Below, piece after piece: positions 39,002-48,423 of a stretch of 64,000 nucleotides of DNA. Position numbers and translations under genes: made by a program. The notes below the pieces were generated by a model. That model searched no databases. It saw only the letters and a program-made list of their open reading frames with translations, and was not told where the DNA came from. Within the stretch, counting starts at the first letter, position 1, and every line of letters starts with the position of its first letter. Origin of the DNA: Sarcina sp. (GTDB taxonomy: Bacteria; Bacillota; Clostridia; Clostridiales; Clostridiaceae); assembly GCA_051650825.1 (NCBI GenBank), contig JBOFRC010000461.1, forward strand, positions 7,817 to 71,816, given 5' to 3'.

Positions 39002-40180
39002 ATGAGAGAGGTTGTAATTGTTAGTGCTGTAAGAACAGCTTTAGGAACTTTTGGAGGAACATTAAAGGATGTTTCAGCAGCAGATTTAGGAGCAGTAGTA
39101 ATTAAAGAAGCTATAAAAAGAGCTGGAGTTGCAGGCGAGCTTGTAGATGAAGTTTTAATGGGGAATGTAATTCAAGCGGGTCTTGGACAAAATGTTGCTA
39201 GACAAGCAGCAGTTAAAGCTGGATTACCAGTAGAGGTACCTGCAATGACAATAAATAAAGTTTGTGGTTCAGGGCTTAGAACAGTATCATTAGCGGCTCA
39301 AATGATTAAAGCTGGAGATGCTGATATAATAGTTGCTGGTGGAATGGAAAATATGTCACAAGGACCTTATGTTTTAAAATCAGCAAGATATGGTCAAAGA
39401 ATGGGTAATGGTCAAATGGTAGATTCTATGGTTAATGATGCATTAACAGATGCATTTGAAGGATATCATATGGGGATTACAGCTGAAAATATAGCAGAGC
39501 AATGGAATCTTACAAGAGATATGCAAGATGAATTTGCTGCAAAATCACAAAATAAGGCTGAAGAAGCTATTAAGGCTGGAAAGTTTAAAGAGGAAATAGT
39601 ACCAGTTGTTATTCCTCAAAGAAAAGGTGAGCCTGTAGTATTTGATACTGATGAATTCCCAAGATTCGGAACAACAGCTGCATCTCTTGGAAAACTTAGA
39701 GCAGCATTCAAAAAAGATGGAACTGTAACAGCTGGGAATGCTTCTGGTATCAATGATGGTGCAGCAGCAGTAGTAGTTATGAGTGCTGAAAAAGCAGCAG
39801 AATTAGGGTTAAAGCCAATGGCTAAAATTTTATCATATGGGTCAAAAGGATTAGATCCATCAATAATGGGATATGGACCATTTGCGGCAACTAAAAAAGC
39901 TTTAGAAAATACAGGGTTATCTGTATCAGATATAGATTTAGTAGAAGCTAATGAAGCTTTTGCAGCTCAAAGTTTAGCTGTAGCTAGAGATTTAGAATTT
40001 GATATGGAAAAAGTAAATGTTAATGGAGGAGCAATAGCTATTGGACATCCAGTAGGAGCTTCAGGAACAAGAATACTTGTTACTTTACTTCATGAAATGG
40101 AAAAGAGAGATGCAAAGACAGGTCTTGCAACACTTTGTATAGGTGGTGGACTTGGAACAGCATTAATACTTGGAAGATAA
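39002..40180 (+). CDS. thlA: Acetyl-CoA acetyltransferase (thiolase)
   Basis: [20 protein letters not shown] and LCIGGG motifs. Confidence 0.97.
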   Translation: MREVVIVSAVRTALGTFGGTLKDVSAADLGAVVIKEAIKRAGVAGELVDEVLMGNVIQAGLGQNVARQAAVKAGLPVEVPAMTINKVCGSGLRTVSLAAQMIKAGDADIIVAGGMENMSQGPYVLKSARYGQRMGNGQMVDSMVNDALTDAFEGYHMGITAENIAEQWNLTRDMQDEFAAKSQNKAEEAIKAGKFKEEIVPVVIPQRKGEPVVFDTDEFPRFGTTAASLGKLRAAFKKDGTVTAGNASGINDGAAAVVVMSAEKAAELGLKPMAKILSYGSKGLDPSIMGYGPFAATKKALENTGLSVSDIDLVEANEAFAAQSLAVARDLEFDMEKVNVNGGAIAIGHPVGASGTRILVTLLHEMEKRDAKTGLATLCIGGGLGTALILGR

Positions 40181-40240
40181 TATAGAAGTTAATTTACAAT
40201 TTATTTAGATAAGAATATTAAGTTTAATAGATTGTAGCTG

Positions 40241-40277
40241 AAAGCCAAATGGACAAGTGAGTTCATTTGGCTTTTTT
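40241..40277 (+). terminator. Intrinsic terminator after thiolase
   Basis: AAAGCCAAATGGA/TTCATTTGGCTTT plus T tract. Confidence 0.8.
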
Positions 40278-40417
40278 ATTTTTGTGTGAATCAAAAGAAG
40301 TAAACATATAATTAAGCACAAATAAAAATAAAGTAGAATATATTTATAATATATAGTAAAATTTTTGATTACTTTTCTAAAACTTGTCCATAATTACGGA
40401 TAGGAGAGTGGGGAAGT

Positions 40418-40990
40418 ATGAAAAAAGTAATGTATATAAGTTTTTTATTTGCACTAGGTATAGTATTTCTTGGAGGAATGAAAATAGATACAAATTTATA
40501 TGATGAAGTTAGGAAAAATCAAAATGATTTTACTCAAGGGTTAAAAATTCAATATGAATTAGATGAAGATGAATATCAACTTTTAAAAAATAATAAAAAT
40601 TTTCAATTTTATGACGATGACTTTTATTATAAAGATAATAAAAGTACATATTCTATAGAAGTTAAATGTATTGATTATTTTTTAGAGGTTGAACTAACTA
40701 ATATCAAAGATGAAATAAAAATAGAAAAATTTGAGAGTATTTTAAAAGAAAAATTAAAGGATAAAAATAACCTAAAAATCTTTACTTATGTAAAAAGTAA
40801 AGTTAGTGAAGGTCATAGTTTAGATACTTTAGAATATGTTGAAAAAATAGATAAAATAAATATAGTTAATGGTGAAACAGGAATAATTAAATTAAAAGGT
40901 GGTCAAAAGTTCAATTATTCTATTATAAACTATGGAAAGGACAACAATTATATAATTGTTGGAAGCCCTGTAATATTCATTTCGTATTAG
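40418..40990 (+). CDS. YwmB-family protein
   Basis: Signal peptide; C-terminal IIVGSPVIFISY; position immediately before murA-spoIID. Confidence 0.75.
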   Translation: MKKVMYISFLFALGIVFLGGMKIDTNLYDEVRKNQNDFTQGLKIQYELDEDEYQLLKNNKNFQFYDDDFYYKDNKSTYSIEVKCIDYFLEVELTNIKDEIKIEKFESILKEKLKDKNNLKIFTYVKSKVSEGHSLDTLEYVEKIDKINIVNGETGIIKLKGGQKFNYSIINYGKDNNYIIVGSPVIFISY

Positions 40991-41010
40991 GAATACAACG
41001 GAGGATTATT

Positions 41011-42270
41011 ATGGAGAAAATCTTAGTTAAAAGTGGAAACAAATTAAGTGGTGAAGTTAACATTAGTTCAGCAAAAAATTCAGTGCTACCAATAATAGCA
41101 GCAGCTATATTATCAGATGAAAAAGTTATTATTCAAAACTATCCTAATCTTAGGGATGTTAGAGTTCTTATTGATGTGTTAATAGATTTAGGTTGTGAGG
41201 TTGAAGAAAATAACATAACATTAGAACTTGTAATTTCATCGAAGAATATTTCAAAATCTACAGCAGATTGCGAATTAGTGAGAAAAATGAGAGCATCTTT
41301 TTTAGTTATGGGACCAATGCTTGCAAAGTATAAAAAATTCACCTTATCATGTCCTGGTGGATGTAATATAGGCAGCAGACCTATAGATCTTCATTTGAAA
41401 GGATTTGAAGCTTTAGGTGCAAAGATTAAACAGGAGCATGGATTTATAGAGATAGATGGGACTAATCTTAGAGGAAATGAGATATATTTAGATTTTCCCT
41501 CAGTAGGAGCAACAGAAAATTTAATGATGGTTGCAACTTTATTAAAGGGACAAACTATCATTCATAATCCTGCTTTAGAGCCGGAAGTTGAAGACTTAGC
41601 TGATTTCTTAAGAAGTATGGGCGCAAAAATTTATTTTAATTATAATTCATCAATTATTATAGAGGGAGTAGATAGATTAAAAGGAACAGTTTATAGACCT
41701 ATTTTTGATAGGATAGAAGCTGGTACATTTATGGTAGCAGCAGCAATTACAGGATCTAAAATTCAAATCAATGGAGTAAATAAAGAACATTTAAGCCCTG
41801 TAATTAGTAAGCTTGAAAATGTTGGATGTGATATTATTGTAGATGAAAAAAGTGAAATAGCTATAGTTGAGGGAAAAGGTTTGATAGAAAATACAGATAT
41901 AAAAACTTTACCACATCCTGGATATCCAACAGATATGCAATCTCAAATGATGAGTTTGTTAAGTTTGGGAAATGGTACTAGCACTATAGAAGAAACTGTT
42001 TTTGAAAATAGATTTATGAATGTTTCAGAGCTTGTGAGAATGGGCGCGAATATAAAAATAAAAGGAAATGTGGCTATAATAAATGGAGTTGATTATTTGA
42101 CTGGATGTGAAGTTAAGGCTACTGATCTACGAGCTGGAGCAGCGCTTATTTTAGCAGGGCTTGTTGCTAGAGGATATACTTTAATTACTGATATTTATCA
42201 TATAGATAGAGGTTATGTAAATGTTGAAGAAAAGTTTAGAAAACTTGGAGCTGAAATTTATAGAGTTTAA
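41011..42270 (+). CDS. murA: UDP-GlcNAc 1-carboxyvinyltransferase
   Basis: AKNSVLP, MRAS, PGGCNIGSRP and PHPGYPTDMQ motifs. Confidence 0.97.
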   Translation: MEKILVKSGNKLSGEVNISSAKNSVLPIIAAAILSDEKVIIQNYPNLRDVRVLIDVLIDLGCEVEENNITLELVISSKNISKSTADCELVRKMRASFLVMGPMLAKYKKFTLSCPGGCNIGSRPIDLHLKGFEALGAKIKQEHGFIEIDGTNLRGNEIYLDFPSVGATENLMMVATLLKGQTIIHNPALEPEVEDLADFLRSMGAKIYFNYNSSIIIEGVDRLKGTVYRPIFDRIEAGTFMVAAAITGSKIQINGVNKEHLSPVISKLENVGCDIIVDEKSEIAIVEGKGLIENTDIKTLPHPGYPTDMQSQMMSLLSLGNGTSTIEETVFENRFMNVSELVRMGANIKIKGNVAIINGVDYLTGCEVKATDLRAGAALILAGLVARGYTLITDIYHIDRGYVNVEEKFRKLGAEIYRV

Positions 42271-42417
42271 TTTTATCCTAAAAAAGAAGTAAATTAACAT
42301 TACTTCTTTTTTTTATTATGTAATATATGAGTAGCAATGATTCATATAAATAGATAAATAAAAATTTAATGATTAATTTTTAGAATATAAAATTTATTTG
42401 TATGGAGAATAGTTATA

Positions 42418-43542
42418 ATGAAAAATATAAAAATAGAAAGATTTATCCGAGAGTTAGGTAAAAGAATAAAGCATATATTAAGAGTTTTAGGGCGAATAGA
42501 TTTACATAAAATTAGACATATATTAATAATAGTTTTGGTGATAATAATAATTTTTATGATTCCTATAATTTTTGGGAGTTTGAGTAATAGTAAGTATAAA
42601 GAAATAAATATAAAAGATACAGGAAAAGAAAGTATAACAAAAGTTGATAAACCAGGAAAAATTATAGATATAGATACTAATAGTATAAAAGTTCTTAGAA
42701 CTAATGGCGAAGTGGAAAAAATAAATCTTGAAGAATATGTCACAGGGGTTGTAGGGTCAGAATTACCACTTAGTTTTGAAAAAGAAGCTATGATAGCACA
42801 AGGAATCCTAGCAAGAACGTTTGCGGTGAGTAAAATGTTAACGCCGTGTTCAAAAGCAAAAGCTAAAGGTGGAGATATATGTGACACTGTACATTGTCAA
42901 GTTTATAGCCCTATTGAAAATAGAATTGAGAGCATGGGTAAAGATGCTAATAAATTTAAAGATAAAGTAAATAATTCAGTTAAATCAACAAAGGGTGAAG
43001 TGTTAAGCTATGATGGTTTTTTAGTGAGATATCCTCAGTATTTTTCTATGAGTTCAGGAAAGACCGAAAATATAGAAGATGTTTTTAGTGTTGAGGTTCC
43101 ATATCTTAGGTCAGTTTCTAGTGAGTGGGATAAAAAGTTAGAAAAATATGAGATGAAAACTAGTTATAGTTATGATAAATTTGTAGATACTATAAACTCT
43201 AATTATAAAGGGGCTAATATTACAAAGAAAAATCTTAATAAGCAAATAGAAATACTTTCTAAAACAGAAGGTGGGAGTATAAAAGAAATTAGACTTGGAA
43301 AAGTAACTATTAAAGGTACTGAGTTTCGAACTTTATTTGGAATAAGATCTGCTAATTTTGATATAAAATTAGGCGATGAAGTAGTTATAACAACAAAAGG
43401 TTATGGACATGGTGTTGGTATGAGTCAATGGGGAGCAAATTCTATGGCAAAAGAGGGAAGCAATCATAAAGAAATTTTAGCTCATTATTATACTGATGTT
43501 GCAATTAGTGATATTAAGAAAGTTAAAATAGAAATTGAATAA
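42418..43542 (+). CDS. spoIID: Stage II sporulation protein D
   Basis: LEEYVTGVVGSE, ARTF, HCQVY and GYGHGVGMSQWGA motifs. Confidence 0.95.
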   Translation: MKNIKIERFIRELGKRIKHILRVLGRIDLHKIRHILIIVLVIIIIFMIPIIFGSLSNSKYKEINIKDTGKESITKVDKPGKIIDIDTNSIKVLRTNGEVEKINLEEYVTGVVGSELPLSFEKEAMIAQGILARTFAVSKMLTPCSKAKAKGGDICDTVHCQVYSPIENRIESMGKDANKFKDKVNNSVKSTKGEVLSYDGFLVRYPQYFSMSSGKTENIEDVFSVEVPYLRSVSSEWDKKLEKYEMKTSYSYDKFVDTINSNYKGANITKKNLNKQIEILSKTEGGSIKEIRLGKVTIKGTEFRTLFGIRSANFDIKLGDEVVITTKGYGHGVGMSQWGANSMAKEGSNHKEILAHYYTDVAISDIKKVKIEIE

Positions 43543-43645
43543 TTCGTTTGTATAAGAAAGTGTAGATGTTTTTAAATATCTACACTTTTTTTATTTATAT
43601 AGCGAAAAATGGCGAATAAAAACTTGAAAAATTTTTTGGGTGTAT

Positions 43646-43675
43646 GTATTAAAAAGTTTTGAATAGGACAGACTA
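43646..43675 (+). promoter_or_regulatory. Putative SigF promoter of spoIIQ
   Basis: GTATT-N15-GGACAGACTA. Confidence 0.65.
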
Positions 43676-43693
43676 CTGAATGGAGGTGTTGAC

Positions 43694-44416
43694 ATGGAGA
43701 AAATTAAAATATTTTTAAAGAAACATGGTTTTTACGTTATCTTATCTGTGTGTTTAATCGTTTTAGGAGTAGTTGCATTTGCAACCGGTGGAAATAGGGC
43801 TGAGGATCAGAAAAAACCTATAGCTACAAATACAGAGCAAACTAAACCTACAGAAAATAAGGTAATTAGTGATGCTGAATTAGTTGATAAAAATAAAAAG
43901 GAAGAGCAAAAGCCTACGAACAATAAAGGTACTTCTAGTACAGCAGTTAAGGATGATAGTGTAGCAACTAATGCAAAACCTAAAGCAGAAATTATAAATC
44001 CAGTTAAAAGTGGACTTGTAACAAGAAAGATGAATCTTGTTGGTGAAATTGATTCAGAAGGAAAATCATCTGTAGTTCATCTAGGAATAGATATTGAAGT
44101 TACTAAAGGAGCAGAAGTTCTTGCAGTAGCAGATGGAGAAGTTTTAGAAGCAGAAAATGGACCATCTAAAGAAGGAAACTACGTAAAAGTGAAACATGAC
44201 AATGGAATTATAGCTTTATATGGAAATTTAGATTCAAAACTAAGTGTAAAAGTTGGAGATAAAGTAAAGCAGGGAAGTACTCTTGGAAAAGTAGGAAACT
44301 CTATTAAACAAAATCCAAAGAGCAGAGTATCTAAAGAATATTTATTATTCCACATAGAAAAAGATAATGAAGCAGTAGATCCATTGAAAGTTTTTAAAGA
44401 GTTAAAAGTTAAATAA
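43694..44416 (+). CDS. spoIIQ: SpoIIQ-like M23 (LytM) protein
   Basis: TM anchor, HLGID, LFH; located between spoIID and spoIIID. Confidence 0.82.
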   Translation: MEKIKIFLKKHGFYVILSVCLIVLGVVAFATGGNRAEDQKKPIATNTEQTKPTENKVISDAELVDKNKKEEQKPTNNKGTSSTAVKDDSVATNAKPKAEIINPVKSGLVTRKMNLVGEIDSEGKSSVVHLGIDIEVTKGAEVLAVADGEVLEAENGPSKEGNYVKVKHDNGIIALYGNLDSKLSVKVGDKVKQGSTLGKVGNSIKQNPKSRVSKEYLLFHIEKDNEAVDPLKVFKELKVK

Positions 44417-44486
44417 AAAAAAAGGCCAGCTACGCTTTTAGCCTAGCTGGCTAATACTTAATAATTTTGAGGAGGATATTTAAGAA

Positions 44487-44750
44487 GTGAAAGACTATAT
44501 AGAAGAAAGAGTATTAGAGGTTGCTAAATATATTATTAAATCAAAAGCAACTATAAGAAGAACAGCAAAGGTATTTGGAGTTAGTAAAAGTACTATCCAT
44601 AAAGATATGACTGAAAGACTTCCTAAAATTAATCCAAGCATAGCTGATAAAGCTAAATTTATCTTAGATGTTAATAAAGCTGAACGTCATATAAGAGGCG
44701 GGAAAGCAACTAAATTAAAATATAAAATAGTTGATGGAAAGTTGTTATAA
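44487..44750 (+). CDS. spoIIID: Sporulation transcription regulator SpoIIID
   Basis: FGVSKSTIHKD and ERHIRGG motifs. Confidence 0.97.
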   Translation: MKDYIEERVLEVAKYIIKSKATIRRTAKVFGVSKSTIHKDMTERLPKINPSIADKAKFILDVNKAERHIRGGKATKLKYKIVDGKLL

Positions 44751-44835
44751 GTATATAATGGATTTAAATGGATAATTTGTAAAAAATAACAGAAAAATAA
44801 GTTTATTTGAAAAAGTGGGGAGTGTTTTAGAGGAT

Positions 44836-45864
44836 ATGTGGTTTTTTGGTAGAGCGAATGATATGGGAATAGATTTAGGAACAGCAACTGTTTTAGTGCA
44901 TATTAAAGGCAAGGGTGTAGTGTTACAAGAACCTTCAGTTGTTGCTGTTGATAAAGAGAGAAATAGGGTACTAGCTGTAGGAGAAGAAGCAAGGCAAATG
45001 ATAGGTAGAACTCCTGGTAATATTGTTGCAATAAGACCTTTAAGAAATGGAGTAATTTCTGATTATGATGTTACTGAGAAAATGCTACAGTATTTTATAA
45101 AAAAGGGTAGTGGGAAACATAGAGTAAGTGCACCAAAAGTTATAGTATGTATACCTTCACAAGCTACAGAAGTAGAAAAAAGAGCTGTTATGGACGCAGC
45201 AAGAAATTCTGGTGCAAGAACAGTTAGTTTAGTTGAAGAACCTTTAGCAGCAGCTATAGGAGCTGGGATAGATATATCTGAGCCTAATGGAAGAATGGTT
45301 GTTGATATAGGGGGAGGAACTTGTGATATAGCAGTTATTTCATTAGGTGGAATAGTTGTAAGATCATCATTAAAAGTTGCTGGAGATACGTTTGATGAGG
45401 CTATAATAAAATACATAAGAAATAATTTTAAATTAATGGTAGGCGAAAGAACTGCCGAAGAACTTAAGATAAAGATAGGGTCAGCTCTTAAAGGCGCAAG
45501 AAATGAGAGACTAGCTATAAAGGGAAGAAATTTAGTTACAGGCTTGCCAGATGAGGTTATGATATCATCTGAACAAGTACGAGAAGCAGTAGAAGATTGC
45601 GTTAGAGCAATAGCAGAAAACTTACATTCTGTATTAGAAAAAACACCTCCTGAATTAGCAGCTGATATAATGGATGCTGGTATAATAATGACTGGTGGTG
45701 GAGCGTTATTATATGGACTTGATCAGTATTTAGAAGCGGCAACAGGAGTAACTGTAAGAGTAGCAGATGATGCAGTAAGATGTGTAGCGAAAGGCACAGG
45801 AAGAATCTTAGATGCCTTTTCTAAAATGGATATGGATGAAGATGAAGTTAAGATAGTTAAATAA
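44836..45864 (+). CDS. mbl: MreB-like protein Mbl
   Basis: IDLGTAT, DIGGGT and TGGGALL motifs; follows spoIIID. Confidence 0.92.
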   Translation: MWFFGRANDMGIDLGTATVLVHIKGKGVVLQEPSVVAVDKERNRVLAVGEEARQMIGRTPGNIVAIRPLRNGVISDYDVTEKMLQYFIKKGSGKHRVSAPKVIVCIPSQATEVEKRAVMDAARNSGARTVSLVEEPLAAAIGAGIDISEPNGRMVVDIGGGTCDIAVISLGGIVVRSSLKVAGDTFDEAIIKYIRNNFKLMVGERTAEELKIKIGSALKGARNERLAIKGRNLVTGLPDEVMISSEQVREAVEDCVRAIAENLHSVLEKTPPELAADIMDAGIIMTGGGALLYGLDQYLEAATGVTVRVADDAVRCVAKGTGRILDAFSKMDMDEDEVKIVK

Positions 45865-46049
45865 AAATAGATTATATATAGAATATATTTTATTTAAGTA
45901 TTTATAATATTAAGTGCCTGTATCATAGGAGTTTACTTCCTAATTGATACAGGCCTTTGTATTTTTCTTTACTAGTTTAATATTTAAATTATTAAAAGTT
46001 ACATTATAAAACATAAAATAAAAATTTGATATTATAATATAATTTCTTT

Positions 46050-46574
46050 TTACTCAAAAGGAAGCAAAGCGTATGCTGTTAAAAGTGAATAAGTAATAAC
46101 TTTAGCCATTTCCATGATGAAATGAAGCCTAATAACCCTATTAGAAAATGCGCAAGTTATATTGGCGGAATCAATAATTCCTACTATAGAGATATCTCCA
46201 ATAATAGGCAATATCTTTCCAACTCCTTTTCCAGGTTTTAACCCTTCAGGACGAATTTGAATTTCTCCTATTGCTTTAGAATTGCCTATACAAGCATCTA
46301 TAGCGATTATTTTAGAAGTCGGATGTATTTTTCTTATTTTAGCTATTTCAGTTTCTAGGTTTAATGCATGAATAGGACTTTCTAAAGTTCCATATACAGG
46401 GAGAGGAAAGTTTTTTTCAAGTAATAAAGATCCTGTTAATGGTCCAAGTGAATCACCAATACATTTATCAGTTCCTATACAAACAATAATAGCATTTTCT
46501 AGTTGATCCTTTAGACAATTAGCAAGTTTATAATAGCTAAGAGTAGCTTGATAGTGAGTTTTAATTTTATTCAA
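46050..46574 (-). CDS. yyaC: Spore protease YyaC (GPR-related)
   Basis: CIGTDKCIGDSLGP, IHALNL, IDAC and PGKGVGK motifs. Confidence 0.92.
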   Translation of the reverse strand: MNKIKTHYQATLSYYKLANCLKDQLENAIIVCIGTDKCIGDSLGPLTGSLLLEKNFPLPVYGTLESPIHALNLETEIAKIRKIHPTSKIIAIDACIGNSKAIGEIQIRPEGLKPGKGVGKILPIIGDISIVGIIDSANITCAFSNRVIRLHFIMEMAKVITYSLLTAYALLPFE

Positions 46575-46664
46575 AGCAACACATCCCTATATTAATAATA
46601 GTTAATAATTTGTATATTTGTATAGTATTTTGGCTAGGATTAATTTTAAGAGGTGATATATTAT

Positions 46665-47300
46665 ATGAATAAAAAATATTTATCGGTACTAATTATTATT
46701 GCAACTATTATTCTTAGTGGCTTTATGATTTTTAGAAATAAAACAAATACAGAAGATGGGCTTATACAGGTTAAGAATAAAGACCTTAGTAATACTAAAG
46801 AAATATTAAGTGAGAAAGATAAAATTACGGATGTTGATTTAGAGGAATTGTTAAATATCATAGAAATGTCAAAAGAAAAATTAGAAAAATCTAAAGCTCA
46901 GAGCAATGAGGATGAATTAAAAACTCAGGTAGAGACTACAAATACAGATGAAGTAACAGATGAAGAAAAAGTGAAAAATCCTACTATAAGTGAAGAGCAA
47001 ATGATTGAATATGAAAAAACAACAGAAAATACTATAAATGAAACTGTTCAAGTTTTTAAAGTTGATAAAACTACAATTGTCGAAAAACTATCATTTGATG
47101 AAAAACTTCTTCTTTTAAACTTAACAAAAGAACTATCAATGAATGATTACGCAACTATAATTAAAAGTATAAAGAATAAAGGTGAATTAGAATGCGTAAG
47201 AGAGGTTAATCGAATTTTAGAATCACGTTTAAATGACAAGAGTTATGAAAGTGTTAAAAAGGTGGTAGAGCCATATATAAATATGGAAGTTTTAGAATAA
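46665..47300 (+). CDS. Hypothetical protein with N-terminal TM anchor and acidic middle region
   Basis: SD GAGGTGA before ATG 46665; possible SigF-like GTATA-N15-GGCTAGGATT at 46612-46641. Confidence 0.7.
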   Translation: MNKKYLSVLIIIATIILSGFMIFRNKTNTEDGLIQVKNKDLSNTKEILSEKDKITDVDLEELLNIIEMSKEKLEKSKAQSNEDELKTQVETTNTDEVTDEEKVKNPTISEEQMIEYEKTTENTINETVQVFKVDKTTIVEKLSFDEKLLLLNLTKELSMNDYATIIKSIKNKGELECVREVNRILESRLNDKSYESVKKVVEPYINMEVLE

Positions 47301-47471
47301 TAAAAATATTATAATTATACATAAAATAAAGTATTTTAAAGAAATATAAAGAAATATAATTATAATTTTATAATTTAGACTATTTTGGATTTGAAATAAC
47401 TAAACAGAAGATATATACTAACTATTGTCGGTTAGCGATGTTACTAAACGATAACAAGCGAAATAAATATT

Positions 47472-47547
47472 GCTGATATGGCTCAATTGGCAGAGCAGCT
47501 GATTTGTAATCAGCAGGTTATCGGTTCAAGTCCGATTATCAGCTCCA
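47472..47547 (+). tRNA. tRNA-Thr(TGT)
   Basis: Cloverleaf, anticodon loop TTTGTAA, encoded CCA. Confidence 0.97.
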
Positions 47548-47552
47548 AATAG

Positions 47553-47638
47553 GGTGGGGTTCCCGAGTGGCCAAAGGGAACAGACTGTAAATCTGTCGTC
47601 GTATGACTTCGAAGGTTCGAATCCTTCTCCCACCACCA
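47553..47638 (+). tRNA. tRNA-Tyr(GTA)
   Basis: Anticodon loop CTGTAAA, long variable arm, CCA. Confidence 0.97.
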
Positions 47639-47646
47639 TTTTGTAA

Positions 47647-47722
47647 GGTCGCATAGCTCAGCTGGGAGAGCACCTGCCTTACAAGCAGGGGGTCACAGGT
47701 TCGAGCCCTGTTGCGACCACCA
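47647..47722 (+). tRNA. tRNA-Val(TAC)
   Basis: Anticodon loop CTTACAA, CCA. Confidence 0.97.
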
Positions 47723-47739
47723 TTTAAAAAATAAATATT

Positions 47740-47815
47740 GCTGATATGGCTCAATTGGCAGAGCAGCTGATTTGTAATCAGCAGGTTATCGGTTCAAGTC
47801 CGATTATCAGCTCCA
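47740..47815 (+). tRNA. tRNA-Thr(TGT), copy 2
   Basis: Identical to 47472-47547. Confidence 0.97.
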
Positions 47816-47820
47816 AATGA

Positions 47821-47906
47821 GGTGGGGTTCCCGAGTGGCCAAAGGGAACAGACTGTAAATCTGTCGTCGTATGACTTCGAAGGTTCGAATCCTTCTCCCA
47901 CCACCA
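47821..47906 (+). tRNA. tRNA-Tyr(GTA), copy 2
   Basis: Identical to 47553-47638. Confidence 0.97.
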
Positions 47907-47934
47907 TTTTTAAATTTAATATAATAAGCATTAT

Positions 47935-48010
47935 GCTGATATGGCTCAATTGGCAGAGCAGCTGATTTGTAATCAGCAGGTTATCGGTTCAAGTCCGATT
48001 ATCAGCTCCA
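47935..48010 (+). tRNA. tRNA-Thr(TGT), copy 3
   Basis: Identical to 47472-47547. Confidence 0.97.
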
Positions 48011-48013
48011 TGA

Positions 48014-48099
48014 GGTGGGGTTCCCGAGTGGCCAAAGGGAACAGACTGTAAATCTGTCGTCGTATGACTTCGAAGGTTCGAATCCTTCTCCCACCACCA
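48014..48099 (+). tRNA. tRNA-Tyr(GTA), copy 3
   Basis: Identical to 47553-47638. Confidence 0.97.
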
Positions 48100-48100
48100 C

Positions 48101-48132
48101 AGTAGACACTATTTAAGTGTCTACTATTTTTT
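48101..48132 (+). terminator. Terminator of the tRNA operon
   Basis: AGTAGACACT/AGTGTCTACT plus T6. Confidence 0.85.
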
Positions 48133-48180
48133 AAGCTTTTTATATTATAAACTTATAAATTAGACAATTGAAAAGTGAGA

Positions 48181-48288
48181 CTCTTATCAAGAGAGGTGGA
48201 GGGAGAGGGCCCGATGAAACCCGGCAACCAGTTTTTGAAGAAAAACTAAGGTGCCAATTCCTGCAAGTTTTTACTTGCGAGATAAGAG
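48181..48288 (+). promoter_or_regulatory. SAM-I (S-box) riboswitch aptamer
   Basis: CTCTTATCAAGAG..GGAGGGA..GGCCCGATGAAACCCGGCAACC..GGTGCCAATTCCTGCA..GATAAGAG upstream of metK. Confidence 0.97.
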
Positions 48289-48312
48289 GAGCTTAATATA
48301 TTTATAGATATT

Positions 48313-48344
48313 GAGTCTCTTCTTAGGAAGAGGCTTATTTTTTT
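48313..48344 (+). terminator. SAM riboswitch regulatory terminator
   Basis: GAGTCTCTTC/GAAGAGGCTT plus T tract. Confidence 0.85.
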
Positions 48345-48423
48345 AATTATAAATATATCAAAATATAGATAAACATAGAGAGGAGGTAGTTATTTAACAT
48401 ATATTGTTAAGTAACGAATAATT

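Noticed and set aside
47539-47754. 71-aa minus-strand ORF
   Set aside because: Antisense to tRNA genes; an artefact of tRNA sequence.
47472-48099. Repeated ~80-nt units resembling a CRISPR or repeat array
   Set aside because: The units are complete tRNA genes with anticodons and CCA; there are no unique spacers and no cas genes.
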